NCBI GenBank assembly: GCA_964634375.1
Contig: CAZWIQ010000001.1
Location: forward strand, 1,200-45,822
DNA from: Candidatus Micrarchaeota archaeon
GTDB lineage: Archaea; Micrarchaeota; Micrarchaeia; Norongarragalinales; Norongarragalinaceae
Length of the DNA stretch: 44,623 nt
Reading direction: 5' to 3'
Shown: positions 18,427 through 26,885 of the stretch, piece after piece
Numbering within the stretch: position 1 is the first letter of the stretch
Layout of the letters: the number at the start of each line of letters is the position of its first letter
Position numbers and translations under genes: made by a program
The notes under the pieces: model-generated
Told to the model about the DNA's origin: nothing
The model's input: the letters and a program-made list of their open reading frames with translations, nothing else
Databases searched by the model: none

Positions 18427-19329
18427 TCAGCCGATGCTGCAGCCGCTCCTCGCGTCGCTCGCCATCTCGCCGAAAGAATAAGCTCCTTTGTAGCGCCCGT
18501 TTCTTCCAGTCCAGTACGGGGTTCCGAAGCCGCGCGGCATCAAATCGAAGTGCGCGGCGGTGCTGCACGGGTAAACGCCGGCGCGCGTGAACAAGCCGTT
18601 CGCCGCTTCAACCCACTTGAGCTGCTCGCTCACGCTTCCCACGTAAACGTCGACGGCCATCGCGTACATGTGCGGGCTGTTGCTCACGCCTCCGCTCGTT
18701 TGCTTCGTGCGGTAGCCGCTCGTAATCCTTCCCGGGCCGCTTCGCGGGTAAGGCGTCACACCCATCTTCGTGCAAAGATTTTCGTAGGCTTTAAGCACTT
18801 CCGGATGGTATTTCCGAATCGTCGCAATGTCCAGCGAGCCTTGCTTCGCCACTGTGCCCGAAAGTTTTTCCGGGACCGCCGCGCTCAACGCGTTCCTATA
18901 GTTTTGAAACGCGTTCGCGGAGAAAGTCGCCGAATCCGAGTATTTAGCGGGAAGCGTCGTTTTTTCTACGTACTGCGTCGCTTCTTCTTCGACGGGCGGT
19001 TCCTCGCCCGGGCTTTCAATGAGGATTTCGGGTTCGCCTTCCGACACTGGCAGAGCGGGCGCGGCCGCGCCGGCGATGAGGCAAACCGAACTGGAATCGC
19101 AAGCCTCGTCGTCGCCGCCTCCGCCGTAGTTGCCGCTGCCGCCGCTCGGCGCGGCGGAATCCGCCGCGGCAGCCGGCGCGGCGAACGCTATCAGGACTGC
19201 GAGCAAGAGCGAGAATGCGAGCGAGAACGCAACGCAGGTGATTAAGGCGGTGCGCCGAACGCTGTTAGCCATGAAGAATCCTGAGGCGGCGCGGCTAAAT
19301 AATGCTTTGCTTTTTATTTTCGCTTTCAA
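18427..19329 (-). CDS. Secreted/membrane-anchored Zn-dependent peptidoglycan peptidase, M15 (VanY/YcbK-like) fold
   Basis: N-terminal TM/signal is TALITCVAFSLAFSLLLAVLIAFAAPAAA. The C-terminal domain has SGYRTKQTSGGVSNSPHMYAMAVD (H-x6-D) and AAHFDL, the H..D...H zinc triad arrangement of M15 peptidases. Alternative start is ATG 19272. Confidence 0.65.
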   Translation of the reverse strand: MKAKIKSKALFSRAASGFFMANSVRRTALITCVAFSLAFSLLLAVLIAFAAPAAAADSAAPSGGSGNYGGGGDDEACDSSSVCLIAGAAAPALPVSEGEPEILIESPGEEPPVEEEATQYVEKTTLPAKYSDSATFSANAFQNYRNALSAAVPEKLSGTVAKQGSLDIATIRKYHPEVLKAYENLCTKMGVTPYPRSGPGRITSGYRTKQTSGGVSNSPHMYAMAVDVYVGSVSEQLKWVEAANGLFTRAGVYPCSTAAHFDLMPRGFGTPYWTGRNGRYKGAYSFGEMASDARSGCSIG

Positions 19330-19347
19330 CCGCGTTTCGACCGCGTT

Positions 19348-21330
19348 TCACCCGCGGTTTTCAAAGTAATTTTTTATCCCGCTGAAAATCGCTTGCGCTG
19401 CTTGCGACTGGAACCCGGGTTTGAACGCGTTCGCGTTGCCCATTCCCGTCACTTCAACGATGACTGCGGGCGCGTAAGTCTTGTGCAGCAAGCCGAGGCG
19501 GAAGCCGCGCTTGTAATCGGGCGTGGGCCCCCTGCTTTCGCCCGCAGTCTTTATCTTGCTTATTTCGCCGTCGATTGCGAAGGCGAGTTTCTTGCTTTCA
19601 ACGCACGTTTCACTGCAGTAAGCCGCCGGCCCGTTTCCAGCCAAAACCTCGGGGTAATACTCGAGGGGTTGAGTCGCGCCGGAGTGGTCGTGGTGCACGC
19701 TTACGACGACGTCCGCGTTCCAAGCGTTCGCGATTACCGCGCGGGCAGTCAAGTTGAGGAAGCCGTCAATGTTTGCGCTTCTGCTCAATGCGACTATCGC
19801 GCCATTCGCCTCCAAAACTTCCTTGAGTTTCAGCGCGACTGCGAGGTTCAAGTCGCACTCCCAAACGCGTTTGCCTTTAACGAACGCGCCTGCGCCGTAA
19901 CCGTAATCGTCAGGCGAGTCGCCGTACTTTGCGTTCGGCGCTGCAGCGCTTCCGTGCCCCGCGTCGATGAACACACGCTTGCCTTTCAGCCCGCTCGTCT
20001 TGCTCCAAGCGTCGGGTTCGCCGAACGATTGCGGGTAAACGGTTTTCCTTGCTTCAGCCGCGGCGAGTTCGCGCCACGGGTCGGCGGGGTCGCGCAGCTT
20101 CTCGTGCAGCACCTCGACTTTCAACTCGACGGATTCGTATTCCAGCGTTTTCGGGAACCAGAGCTTGAGCGTGACGGAGTCTTGCGCGAACGGGAAGAAC
20201 GCGCCAGAGAGTTTAACGCGCGAGTAATCCGCTTTAACGAGCAAAAGCGTTTCGCTCGTCGAACTGATTTTTTCGGCGGAGAACGCGGCCGCGTTTCCTC
20301 CTTCGAACGAGTACAAGAATTCGGCGGGCTGCCCGTCTCGAGCGACGGCGAGCATTCGCTGGTCTCTCGGAGTTGCTTCCGTCACCGTGAATTCTGTCGA
20401 GCCGGAAACCGCGATTCCGCCGCCGCTCGCGGTTTTGTAGTCGCCGGCGTTCAGCGGAGGTTCGGCGGGCGCCGTTTGCTTCATCGTTGCGGCAGTCATC
20501 GCTTGCTCGAAGCCGTTTCTCGCGATTGATTCGGCGAGCTCGTCGGCGTAAGCGAACCACTCGTCAAGCGTTTTTCCGGTGTTTCTCGCTTCAACGAACG
20601 CGTCGTTCAAGTTTTTCTCGAGCGCGGCGCTTTGCTTCGCGTTTAACTCGAGCGCGTTCAGTTTGGCCGCGAGCCGCGCGAACGCGGTTTTTTGTTTGCC
20701 GCTCAAGCCGGGCTTCGTAAGCAAGCGAATAGGTTTTACGTCCAGTTTCTCCGCGTTCACTTCGGCTTGAGCGTAAGTGCGCAGAATGCCTCCGCCCGCG
20801 ATCCGCAATTCGGTGACGTAAACGTTTGGCGCGATTTCCTCGCTTAAAACGATTCTTTCGCCCGCTTCGTCTTGAAAACGCAGTTCGCCCGCCTTCGCTT
20901 GGCCGGCTTTCCGCGTTTCCCCGTTTTCGGGCGCGAGCCCGCGTTGCGCGCCCGCGTAACGGTAATAGCGTTCAAGCAACGGCGGAGTTACTTCGACTAG
21001 TACCGCGCCGAACTCGTCGTCTCCCGCGTTCGCGAAATCCACTTCGTCTTCGTAACGCCCGCCGCCGAAACGGATTTTCTCCTTCATGGCGATGCTGTTT
21101 TTCTCGAAGACGTATTCGTTCGCGGTTTCAAGCACTTCAATCATGTTTTCAACCGGGCCGCTCCCTGTCGGAGTCGGCGCGGCGTCAAGGGAGCCGGCGT
21201 CGCCCGCTTGGCCGGTGCGAGTCTTGCTTTCGCTGATTTTGCCGTAAGCGTAGTAACCGAAGCCTGCGAGCAAGAGCACGGCGATTAAGGCGAGCGCGAG
21301 CGAGGCTGCTTGGGCTTTGGATCCGTTCAT
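19348..21330 (-). CDS. Membrane-anchored N-acetylmuramoyl-L-alanine amidase (Amidase_3 domain) with a large unknown ectodomain
   Basis: N-terminal TM is AASLALALIAVLLLAGFGYYAY. The C-terminal roughly 200 aa carry VFIDAGHGS, WECDLNLAVALKLKEVLEANGAIVALSR, ADVVVSVHHDH and PAVIVEVTGMGN. These match the Amidase_3 Zn-ligand and catalytic-Glu blocks. Confidence 0.8.
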   Translation of the reverse strand: MNGSKAQAASLALALIAVLLLAGFGYYAYGKISESKTRTGQAGDAGSLDAAPTPTGSGPVENMIEVLETANEYVFEKNSIAMKEKIRFGGGRYEDEVDFANAGDDEFGAVLVEVTPPLLERYYRYAGAQRGLAPENGETRKAGQAKAGELRFQDEAGERIVLSEEIAPNVYVTELRIAGGGILRTYAQAEVNAEKLDVKPIRLLTKPGLSGKQKTAFARLAAKLNALELNAKQSAALEKNLNDAFVEARNTGKTLDEWFAYADELAESIARNGFEQAMTAATMKQTAPAEPPLNAGDYKTASGGGIAVSGSTEFTVTEATPRDQRMLAVARDGQPAEFLYSFEGGNAAAFSAEKISSTSETLLLVKADYSRVKLSGAFFPFAQDSVTLKLWFPKTLEYESVELKVEVLHEKLRDPADPWRELAAAEARKTVYPQSFGEPDAWSKTSGLKGKRVFIDAGHGSAAAPNAKYGDSPDDYGYGAGAFVKGKRVWECDLNLAVALKLKEVLEANGAIVALSRSANIDGFLNLTARAVIANAWNADVVVSVHHDHSGATQPLEYYPEVLAGNGPAAYCSETCVESKKLAFAIDGEISKIKTAGESRGPTPDYKRGFRLGLLHKTYAPAVIVEVTGMGNANAFKPGFQSQAAQAIFSGIKNYFENRG

Positions 21331-21363
21331 GCCTCAATCACGCCTCAATCGCGCCTCAAACCG
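21331..21363 (-). repeat. Three tandem 11-bp repeats directly upstream of the amidase start codon, each carrying a GAGG Shine-Dalgarno-like core
   Basis: Plus strand reads gcctcaatcac / gcctcaatcgc / gcctcaaaccg. In mRNA sense this is CGGUUUGAGGC-GCGAUUGAGGC-GUGAUUGAGGC-AUG. Confidence 0.6.
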
Positions 21364-21548
21364 TTTATTGCGAGTTTGCGAGTTCGTCCATTATTTTTGG
21401 GTTTGGGAAGTAATTTAAACCTCCTTGCAGCCAAATAAGTGTTCTTCTGTTCCTATTTTAAGCGGTTGGCGGCAACTATGAGGTTACTCCGCGGGATTTG
21501 AGTTTGGAGTTTGCGGAAAAAAACCCGCGTAAAAATTTGCGTAATAAG

Positions 21549-22055
21549 GTGGTGTTGTTTTTGGCGAAAATAACGGTTCAAGCACTCGTCGAAGGAGGCA
21601 AGGCGACTCCGGCTCCGCCGTTGGGGCCGAGCCTCGCGCCGACCGGCGTGAACATAGGGCAAGTGATTGCGGCGATAAACGAGAAAACGCGCGACTTCGC
21701 GGGAATGAACGTGCCCGTGAAAGTCGTCGTCGACAAAGCGTCGCGTTCGTTCGAAATCGAAGTCGGCACGCCGCCGACGAGCGCGCTCATAAAGAAGGAA
21801 CTCGGGCTCAAGGAGCCGGTGAAGGAGGAAGCGGGCGTGAAGGGAAAGAAGACTATCGGCGACCTGTCGATCGCGCAGTGCGTCAAGATCGCGAGCGCGA
21901 AAGCCAGCGCGTCGATGGCTCGCTCGCTGAAGGCGGGAGTAAAGGAAGTAATCGGCACGTGCTTGAGCCTCGGCGTCACGATTGAAGGAAAGAACGCGAA
22001 AATCGCGAGCAAGGAAATTGATGACGGCGCATACGATTCGCAACTCAAAAACTAA
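21549..22055 (+). CDS. rpl11: 50S ribosomal protein L11 (uL11)
   Basis: VQALVEGGKATPAPPLGPSLAPTGVNIGQVIAAINEKT and EIEVGTPPTSALIKKELG. GTG/TTG starts at 21549-21555 give the normal length; the ORF opens at 21498. Confidence 0.92.
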   Translation: MVLFLAKITVQALVEGGKATPAPPLGPSLAPTGVNIGQVIAAINEKTRDFAGMNVPVKVVVDKASRSFEIEVGTPPTSALIKKELGLKEPVKEEAGVKGKKTIGDLSIAQCVKIASAKASASMARSLKAGVKEVIGTCLSLGVTIEGKNAKIASKEIDDGAYDSQLKN

Positions 22056-22099
22056 AAAGCTAGAACGTAAGTTCAAGGCGTTTGTGAGGCGTTGTTTTT

Positions 22100-22759
22100 T
22101 TGAAGGTGACTCGGAAAGACTTGATGTACTGGGGAACGCTGGCAATCATCGTTTTCTTTTTCCTCGAGTTCTTTTGGCCCTTGTTGTACTCGCAAGAGGA
22201 GGCGGCCGCCACGCCCACGCCTGAAGCGCTCAAGCAGTTCACGGGCCGCGCGATGGCGAACGCGCGAGTGCTTTACTTCGCCGGCGAAGGCTTCGTTTCC
22301 TGCAATTCGTCGAAAAACCGCAGCGGTTTCATCGACGAACTGCGTTCTTCGCCTGAAGTGCAAAACGTTTTCGCCGTCAGCGAAAGCGGTTTCATGCTGA
22401 AAGTGAACGCCAGCAACGAGACGCGCGCAAGCGAGGCGTTCGCGCGGCTCGCTTCGCTCGTTTCTTTCGGCTGCGGCGAGGGCTCCAGCGTTTTGCGCAA
22501 CGCAGGGCTGGAACTCGAGTCGCGGAACTTCTCGTTCAGCAGCCTCGAGTCGTTGAACGACTCGCGCACGCTTTACCCGAAGGACGTGCTCGACGCTTTT
22601 CGCGCCTCCGGCATCCGCGACGTGCAAGGATTCGTCGACGCGGAAGTGCCGCTCAACGAGTCGGTGACTATTTCGATTACGGTGCAAATGCTCGGCGACC
22701 GGCTCGTCGACAAGCCTCAAATCGAGCAACTGCGTTTCACGAAGCCTTTCGCGCAATGA
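22100..22759 (+). CDS. Hypothetical membrane-anchored extracellular protein
   Basis: N-terminal TM is WGTLAIIVFFFLEFFWPLLY. There are six N-x-S/T sequons (NSS, NAS, NET, NFS, NDS, NES). No domain recognised. Confidence 0.5.
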   Translation: MKVTRKDLMYWGTLAIIVFFFLEFFWPLLYSQEEAAATPTPEALKQFTGRAMANARVLYFAGEGFVSCNSSKNRSGFIDELRSSPEVQNVFAVSESGFMLKVNASNETRASEAFARLASLVSFGCGEGSSVLRNAGLELESRNFSFSSLESLNDSRTLYPKDVLDAFRASGIRDVQGFVDAEVPLNESVTISITVQMLGDRLVDKPQIEQLRFTKPFAQ

Positions 22760-22792
22760 AGCGGTGCAATGAAAAAGTGGTGAAAACAACCG

Positions 22793-23521
22793 ATGGCCAA
22801 GACTGAGAAGACCGCCGAGAAGGCGGCTGAAAAAACTGCCGGAAAAACCGCTGAAAAAGCATTTGAAAAAAACACTGAAAAAACCGCCGCGGTGGCGGCA
22901 GGCGACTTGGTCGAGCTGGAGTTCGCCGGCAAGGCGGACGGCAAAGTGTTCGAGTCGTCGCAAGCCGGCAAGCCGGTTCTCGTCGCCGCTGGGAAAGGGC
23001 AGGTCGTGCGCGGGCTCGACGAAGCGCTCGTCGGCGCGCGCGCCGGCGAAAAACGCGTCGCGCGCATTCCGAAGGAAAAAGCGTTCGGCGAACGCAACCC
23101 CGAACTCGTTCGCTTGGTTTCGCTGCAGAAGTTCGCGGAGCAAGGCATAAAGCCGCAGCCGGGGCTCGTCCTCGAAATCGACGGCGCGCGAGCGCGAGTG
23201 CAAAGCGCGAGCGGCGGGCGCGTTCGAGTCGACTTCAACCACGATTTGGCGGGTCTCGACGTCGAGTACGATTTCGAAGTCAAACGCGTTTTCCGCGCCG
23301 CGCCAGAAAAAATCGAGGCGCTGGCTGAAGACTTGTTGAAGCCGTTTGAAGCGAAAGCGGTTTTCGACGCGGCAGGCGGCGCCGTAAGAATCTCGGTTCC
23401 GGTGAAGGCGCGGAAGGACGCGGACTTCATCATGCGGAAACTTCGTTTCATAGCTCAGGCGCTGCAGTTCGTGCCGGAAGCGAAGAAAGTCGTTTTCGAG
23501 GAAGAATACGCGCTGCAGTGA
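22793..23521 (+). CDS. FKBP-type peptidyl-prolyl cis-trans isomerase (long archaeal type with IF insert)
   Basis: DLVELEFAGKADGKVFESS...GKGQVVRGLDEALVGARAGEKR...RVDFNHDLAGLDVEYDFEV. An N-terminal low-complexity KTAEK-type repeat precedes it. Confidence 0.85.
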   Translation: MAKTEKTAEKAAEKTAGKTAEKAFEKNTEKTAAVAAGDLVELEFAGKADGKVFESSQAGKPVLVAAGKGQVVRGLDEALVGARAGEKRVARIPKEKAFGERNPELVRLVSLQKFAEQGIKPQPGLVLEIDGARARVQSASGGRVRVDFNHDLAGLDVEYDFEVKRVFRAAPEKIEALAEDLLKPFEAKAVFDAAGGAVRISVPVKARKDADFIMRKLRFIAQALQFVPEAKKVVFEEEYALQ

Positions 23522-23585
23522 CGCTGCGGCAACGCGCGCGGCGCCGCAGTAAAATCTTTTATTCCCCGCTTTCTTTCCCTTATTC

Positions 23586-24737
23586 ATGGCTTTGTTTAAA
23601 ACGCGCGCCGCCAACGCGGACGCAGACGGCGTTGCGGGCGCTACAGGCGCCGCAAGCGACCGCGGAGTCTTCAAGAGCGAGGACGCGCTGCGCCCAGAAT
23701 TCGTGCCCGATTCGTTGCCCGGGCGCGAAAGCGAGCTCAAGGAAATCGCGGGCGCGCTAGAACCGCTCGCAGACGGCGCGGCTGGCGAAAGCGTTTTCCT
23801 GCGCGGCCCGCCTGGCACGGGAAAAACCGCTAGCGCGCGCTTCGTCGCCCGCTCTCTCACCGACTACTCCCAAAAAGTCGTCAGCGCCTACGTTAATTGC
23901 TGGCACGAAGCGACGAGGCAAGCCGTCCTCTCGTCGGCCGCGCGCGAGTTCGGCGAGTCGTTGCCCCGGCGGGGGCTCGCGAGCGACGAATTCTTTTCCC
24001 GCATAATCCAGAACGCGCGGAATACGCATCGTGCGCCGCTCGTGATTCTCGACGAGTTCGACCGGTTGGCGCACGCGGGGCAAGACTCCGTCTTGTACGA
24101 GTTCGCGCGGGCAAGTGAAACCAAGGGCGTCGCTTTTACCTTGATTCTGATTTCAAATGACGCGAACGCGCTGGCGCGTTTGGACGAGCGGGCGTTGAGT
24201 TCTTTGCGTTGCAAGGAAATCGTTTTCAAGCGTTACTCGCCGATGGAAATAAAGACGATTCTGGAGGAGCGCGCGAGAACAGCGTTTCACGAGGGAACGT
24301 TTTCGAAGAACGTTCTCGCTCTTTGCACTGCTTTCGCCGCGAAGCGCGGCGGCGACGCGCGCATCGCGCTCAAGGCGTTGTACGACGCTGGCAAGCGCGC
24401 GGAGCGACGCGGAGCGCTTGAAATCGCGGAGGGCGACGTGCGCAGCGCGTTCGGCGAACAGGAGCAACGAACCGCGTCGCAAGCAAAGCGCTTAATCGGC
24501 TTGACTGAGGTTGAAGAAGAAATTCTCGGCGTGCTCCGCAAAGCCAAAGCCCCGCTTTCTTCCGGAGAGCTTTACGAGAAACTCGCGGCGGGCTTGACTG
24601 GACGTGAAGGAATCGGCGTGAGCGAGCGTTCGCTTCGCGATTACTTGAATCTGCTCGTGACGAAGCGCTTGATAATCGCGGAGGACGCGCACGGCGAAAC
24701 TGGGCGGGGGAAAACGCGTTTGTTCCGACTAGTTTGA
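23586..24737 (+). CDS. cdc6: Orc1/Cdc6 replication initiator
   Basis: LRPEFVPDSLPGRESELKEIAGAL, Walker A GPPGTGKT, Walker B VILDEFD and a C-terminal winged helix (GRGKTRLFRL). Confidence 0.93.
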   Translation: MALFKTRAANADADGVAGATGAASDRGVFKSEDALRPEFVPDSLPGRESELKEIAGALEPLADGAAGESVFLRGPPGTGKTASARFVARSLTDYSQKVVSAYVNCWHEATRQAVLSSAAREFGESLPRRGLASDEFFSRIIQNARNTHRAPLVILDEFDRLAHAGQDSVLYEFARASETKGVAFTLILISNDANALARLDERALSSLRCKEIVFKRYSPMEIKTILEERARTAFHEGTFSKNVLALCTAFAAKRGGDARIALKALYDAGKRAERRGALEIAEGDVRSAFGEQEQRTASQAKRLIGLTEVEEEILGVLRKAKAPLSSGELYEKLAAGLTGREGIGVSERSLRDYLNLLVTKRLIIAEDAHGETGRGKTRLFRLV

Positions 24738-24738
24738 C

Positions 24739-25272
24739 TTATCGCCGCGCGTAAATCAGCTGGTGCAGCGAGCCGATGGGTATTCGCGTGAGCAGTTTCT
24801 TGTTCTTCAGCAGTTCCGAGCCGTGAATTGTTCGGTTCCGATAGCCCGATCTTTCCGCCGTGAACATAGCAGTTTCTCCAGCTAAAACCGGCGACGCTAG
24901 GTGCGTATACCGCTTGGCGTCCGCCTCGCTCAGCGCGCTTTGAAGGAGCGTTTTTCCTTTTGGGGTGAAGACCCGCCCTTCGCGAGCCAGCCTCTTTAGT
25001 TCCCTCACGCGTGCGATTAAAAAGCGCGTCGAACCTCGGCGCCCTACTTCCGCCAGTCCAGTGAAAACGCCTGCCCCCGCTCTGGGTACGACGTGCGGAA
25101 CGCCCACCGCAAGTCCCGCGAGCATCGCTTCCATGCTCGTTACCGCGGCTCGTCCACCGCGTTCTGTTCGATAGCCGCCGAACGCTTCCCTGAATTCGGG
25201 AGTAAAAAGGTCGTAAGAAAGCGAAACCTTCACTTGTCCTGGTTTGACTGACAGTTTCAAAAGAACCACCAA
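24739..25272 (-). CDS. Hypothetical protein (177 aa)
   Basis: ORF lies 42 bp downstream of elp3 on the same strand. No family recognised. Confidence 0.45.
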   Translation of the reverse strand: MVVLLKLSVKPGQVKVSLSYDLFTPEFREAFGGYRTERGGRAAVTSMEAMLAGLAVGVPHVVPRAGAGVFTGLAEVGRRGSTRFLIARVRELKRLAREGRVFTPKGKTLLQSALSEADAKRYTHLASPVLAGETAMFTAERSGYRNRTIHGSELLKNKKLLTRIPIGSLHQLIYARR

Positions 25273-25314
25273 TAATTTCTTGTACCGAACTTATTAAAAA
25301 GGGCGTTTAAGCCG

Positions 25315-26805
25315 TCACGGCAGTTTCTTAGCCATGTAGTAATCGCGCAGCGCGTAGCCCCGCTTGCGATAGTAAGGCCGCGCGCCCATTCCGCTCAAGA
25401 CGAATAACTGCTTGGCATCGAATTCGTTTGCCGCGATGTTTTCCGCTTCCCCCAAGAGTTTCGTTCCCAGGCTTTCGTGCTGCAAAGCGCCCTTGCGTCG
25501 CGTCCCCACAGGAATCTGCTCGCCGCAAACGCGCAACTCGCGCACTCCACAACGCTCGTCGGAATCTTCGTTGAAGCGAAAACGAAGGAAAGCGAGGAGC
25601 GAATCACCGGCTTCATCATCGAACGACAAAAAGATTTCGCGTCCCCCGCTCGCGCGGTAATCCAGGCGATTCAACGTAGCGTTATCGAAGCAAACTTTTT
25701 TTCCGTGAATCTCGCGGAAACCCGCTTCGCGGCAGCGAATGCACTCGCATTTCCCGCCCATTTCCGCAAGCGTTCGTTGAGCGATCTCGCGCAAATTGCT
25801 TTTGTCCACGCCTGCCGCGATTCGCCGCACGGGAATGTCCCTATCCACGCGCATTATTCTGCAGTAGCGGGGCACGAAACGCTTGCATAACGCGATGGCT
25901 TTGGCTGCGGTAGCAGTATCGTAAGGAACGAATTTTCCTTTTTTCCATTCGTCGTACAACGGCGTATTCGGAATTACGAGGCAGGGATAGATTTTTAGTC
26001 CGTCGGGCTTGAAGCGCTCGTCGGAAAACAACGCCTCGAATTGTTCCGCGTCTTTTTCAGGGGTTGAATAAAGACCAGGCATCAAGTGCATCGTGATTTT
26101 CAGGAAAGCGTCCTTGCAATTCTTCGTCGCGTCAGCAACTTCGGCGAGCGTGTGCCCGCGCTTCACCTTTCGCAAAACGTTTTCGTCAAGGCTTTGGACT
26201 CCGATTTCGATTCTTGTGCCGCCGTATTCGATGAAGCGACGCACTTGTTTTTTGTCGCAATAATCCGGCCGCGTTTCGAAAACGAGTCCGGTAACTCGGT
26301 GCTTTGCTTTCTCATTCAGTTTTTGGGCGGCAGCTAGCGTGCGGCTTGGCTTTCCGTTGAACGCGTCGAACGCGCTTTTCACGAACGAACGCTGGTATTG
26401 CGGCGCGAGGGAGGCGAACGTGCCTCCCATGACGATGAGTTCGCACTTGCTGGGCTCGTGTCCGATTGCTTCGAGTTGCGAAACTCGCGCCGCGACTTGA
26501 CGTCCCGCGTCGAAATCGTTTTGCGCCGCGCGCAACGCCGCCGGTTCTTCGCCAGTATAGCTTTTCGGCGCGTTCGGCGCAGTTGGGCAGTAAGTGCATC
26601 GCCCGGGGCAAGGAGCGGGCTTCGTCATCACCGCTATCGCGCAAATGCCGCTCGCGCTGCGCATGGGCCTCGTCCTGAGCGCCCGCCTGTCGCGCTTGGA
26701 TAATGAGGAAAGAAACTCGCTGGTTTTCGGTACGCTTGCGAGCCCGCGGGCTTTCGCGACGCGGCGCTTGTGCGCTTCGAATTCTTTCTTGTTCGGCGCG
26801 CGCAT
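25315..26805 (-). CDS. elp3: Elp3-type radical SAM / GNAT tRNA uridine(34) modification enzyme
   Basis: Radical SAM cluster motif is CPGRCTYCP, with VMGGTF. The C-terminal GNAT region is LQHESLGTKLLGEAENIA. Confidence 0.92.
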   Translation of the reverse strand: MRAPNKKEFEAHKRRVAKARGLASVPKTSEFLSSLSKRDRRALRTRPMRSASGICAIAVMTKPAPCPGRCTYCPTAPNAPKSYTGEEPAALRAAQNDFDAGRQVAARVSQLEAIGHEPSKCELIVMGGTFASLAPQYQRSFVKSAFDAFNGKPSRTLAAAQKLNEKAKHRVTGLVFETRPDYCDKKQVRRFIEYGGTRIEIGVQSLDENVLRKVKRGHTLAEVADATKNCKDAFLKITMHLMPGLYSTPEKDAEQFEALFSDERFKPDGLKIYPCLVIPNTPLYDEWKKGKFVPYDTATAAKAIALCKRFVPRYCRIMRVDRDIPVRRIAAGVDKSNLREIAQRTLAEMGGKCECIRCREAGFREIHGKKVCFDNATLNRLDYRASGGREIFLSFDDEAGDSLLAFLRFRFNEDSDERCGVRELRVCGEQIPVGTRRKGALQHESLGTKLLGEAENIAANEFDAKQLFVLSGMGARPYYRKRGYALRDYYMAKKLP

Positions 26806-26885
26806 GCTTTTAGTTAAGCCTTCGGCTGTTTAAGTGGTTTTTTCTGGCGGGCGGGAGGCGGCGTTGCTTTGCCTTCAAACTTTTT

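Noticed and set aside
23522-23585. Replication origin expected next to orc1/cdc6.
   Set aside because: The upstream spacer is only 64 bp, and the downstream gene abuts with 1 bp. I see no repeated ORB or mini-ORB-like elements and no extended AT-rich unwinding region flanking the gene. The nearest AT-rich, repeat-containing spacer (21331-21548) is 2 kb away and is better explained as divergent promoters. The origin may lie elsewhere.
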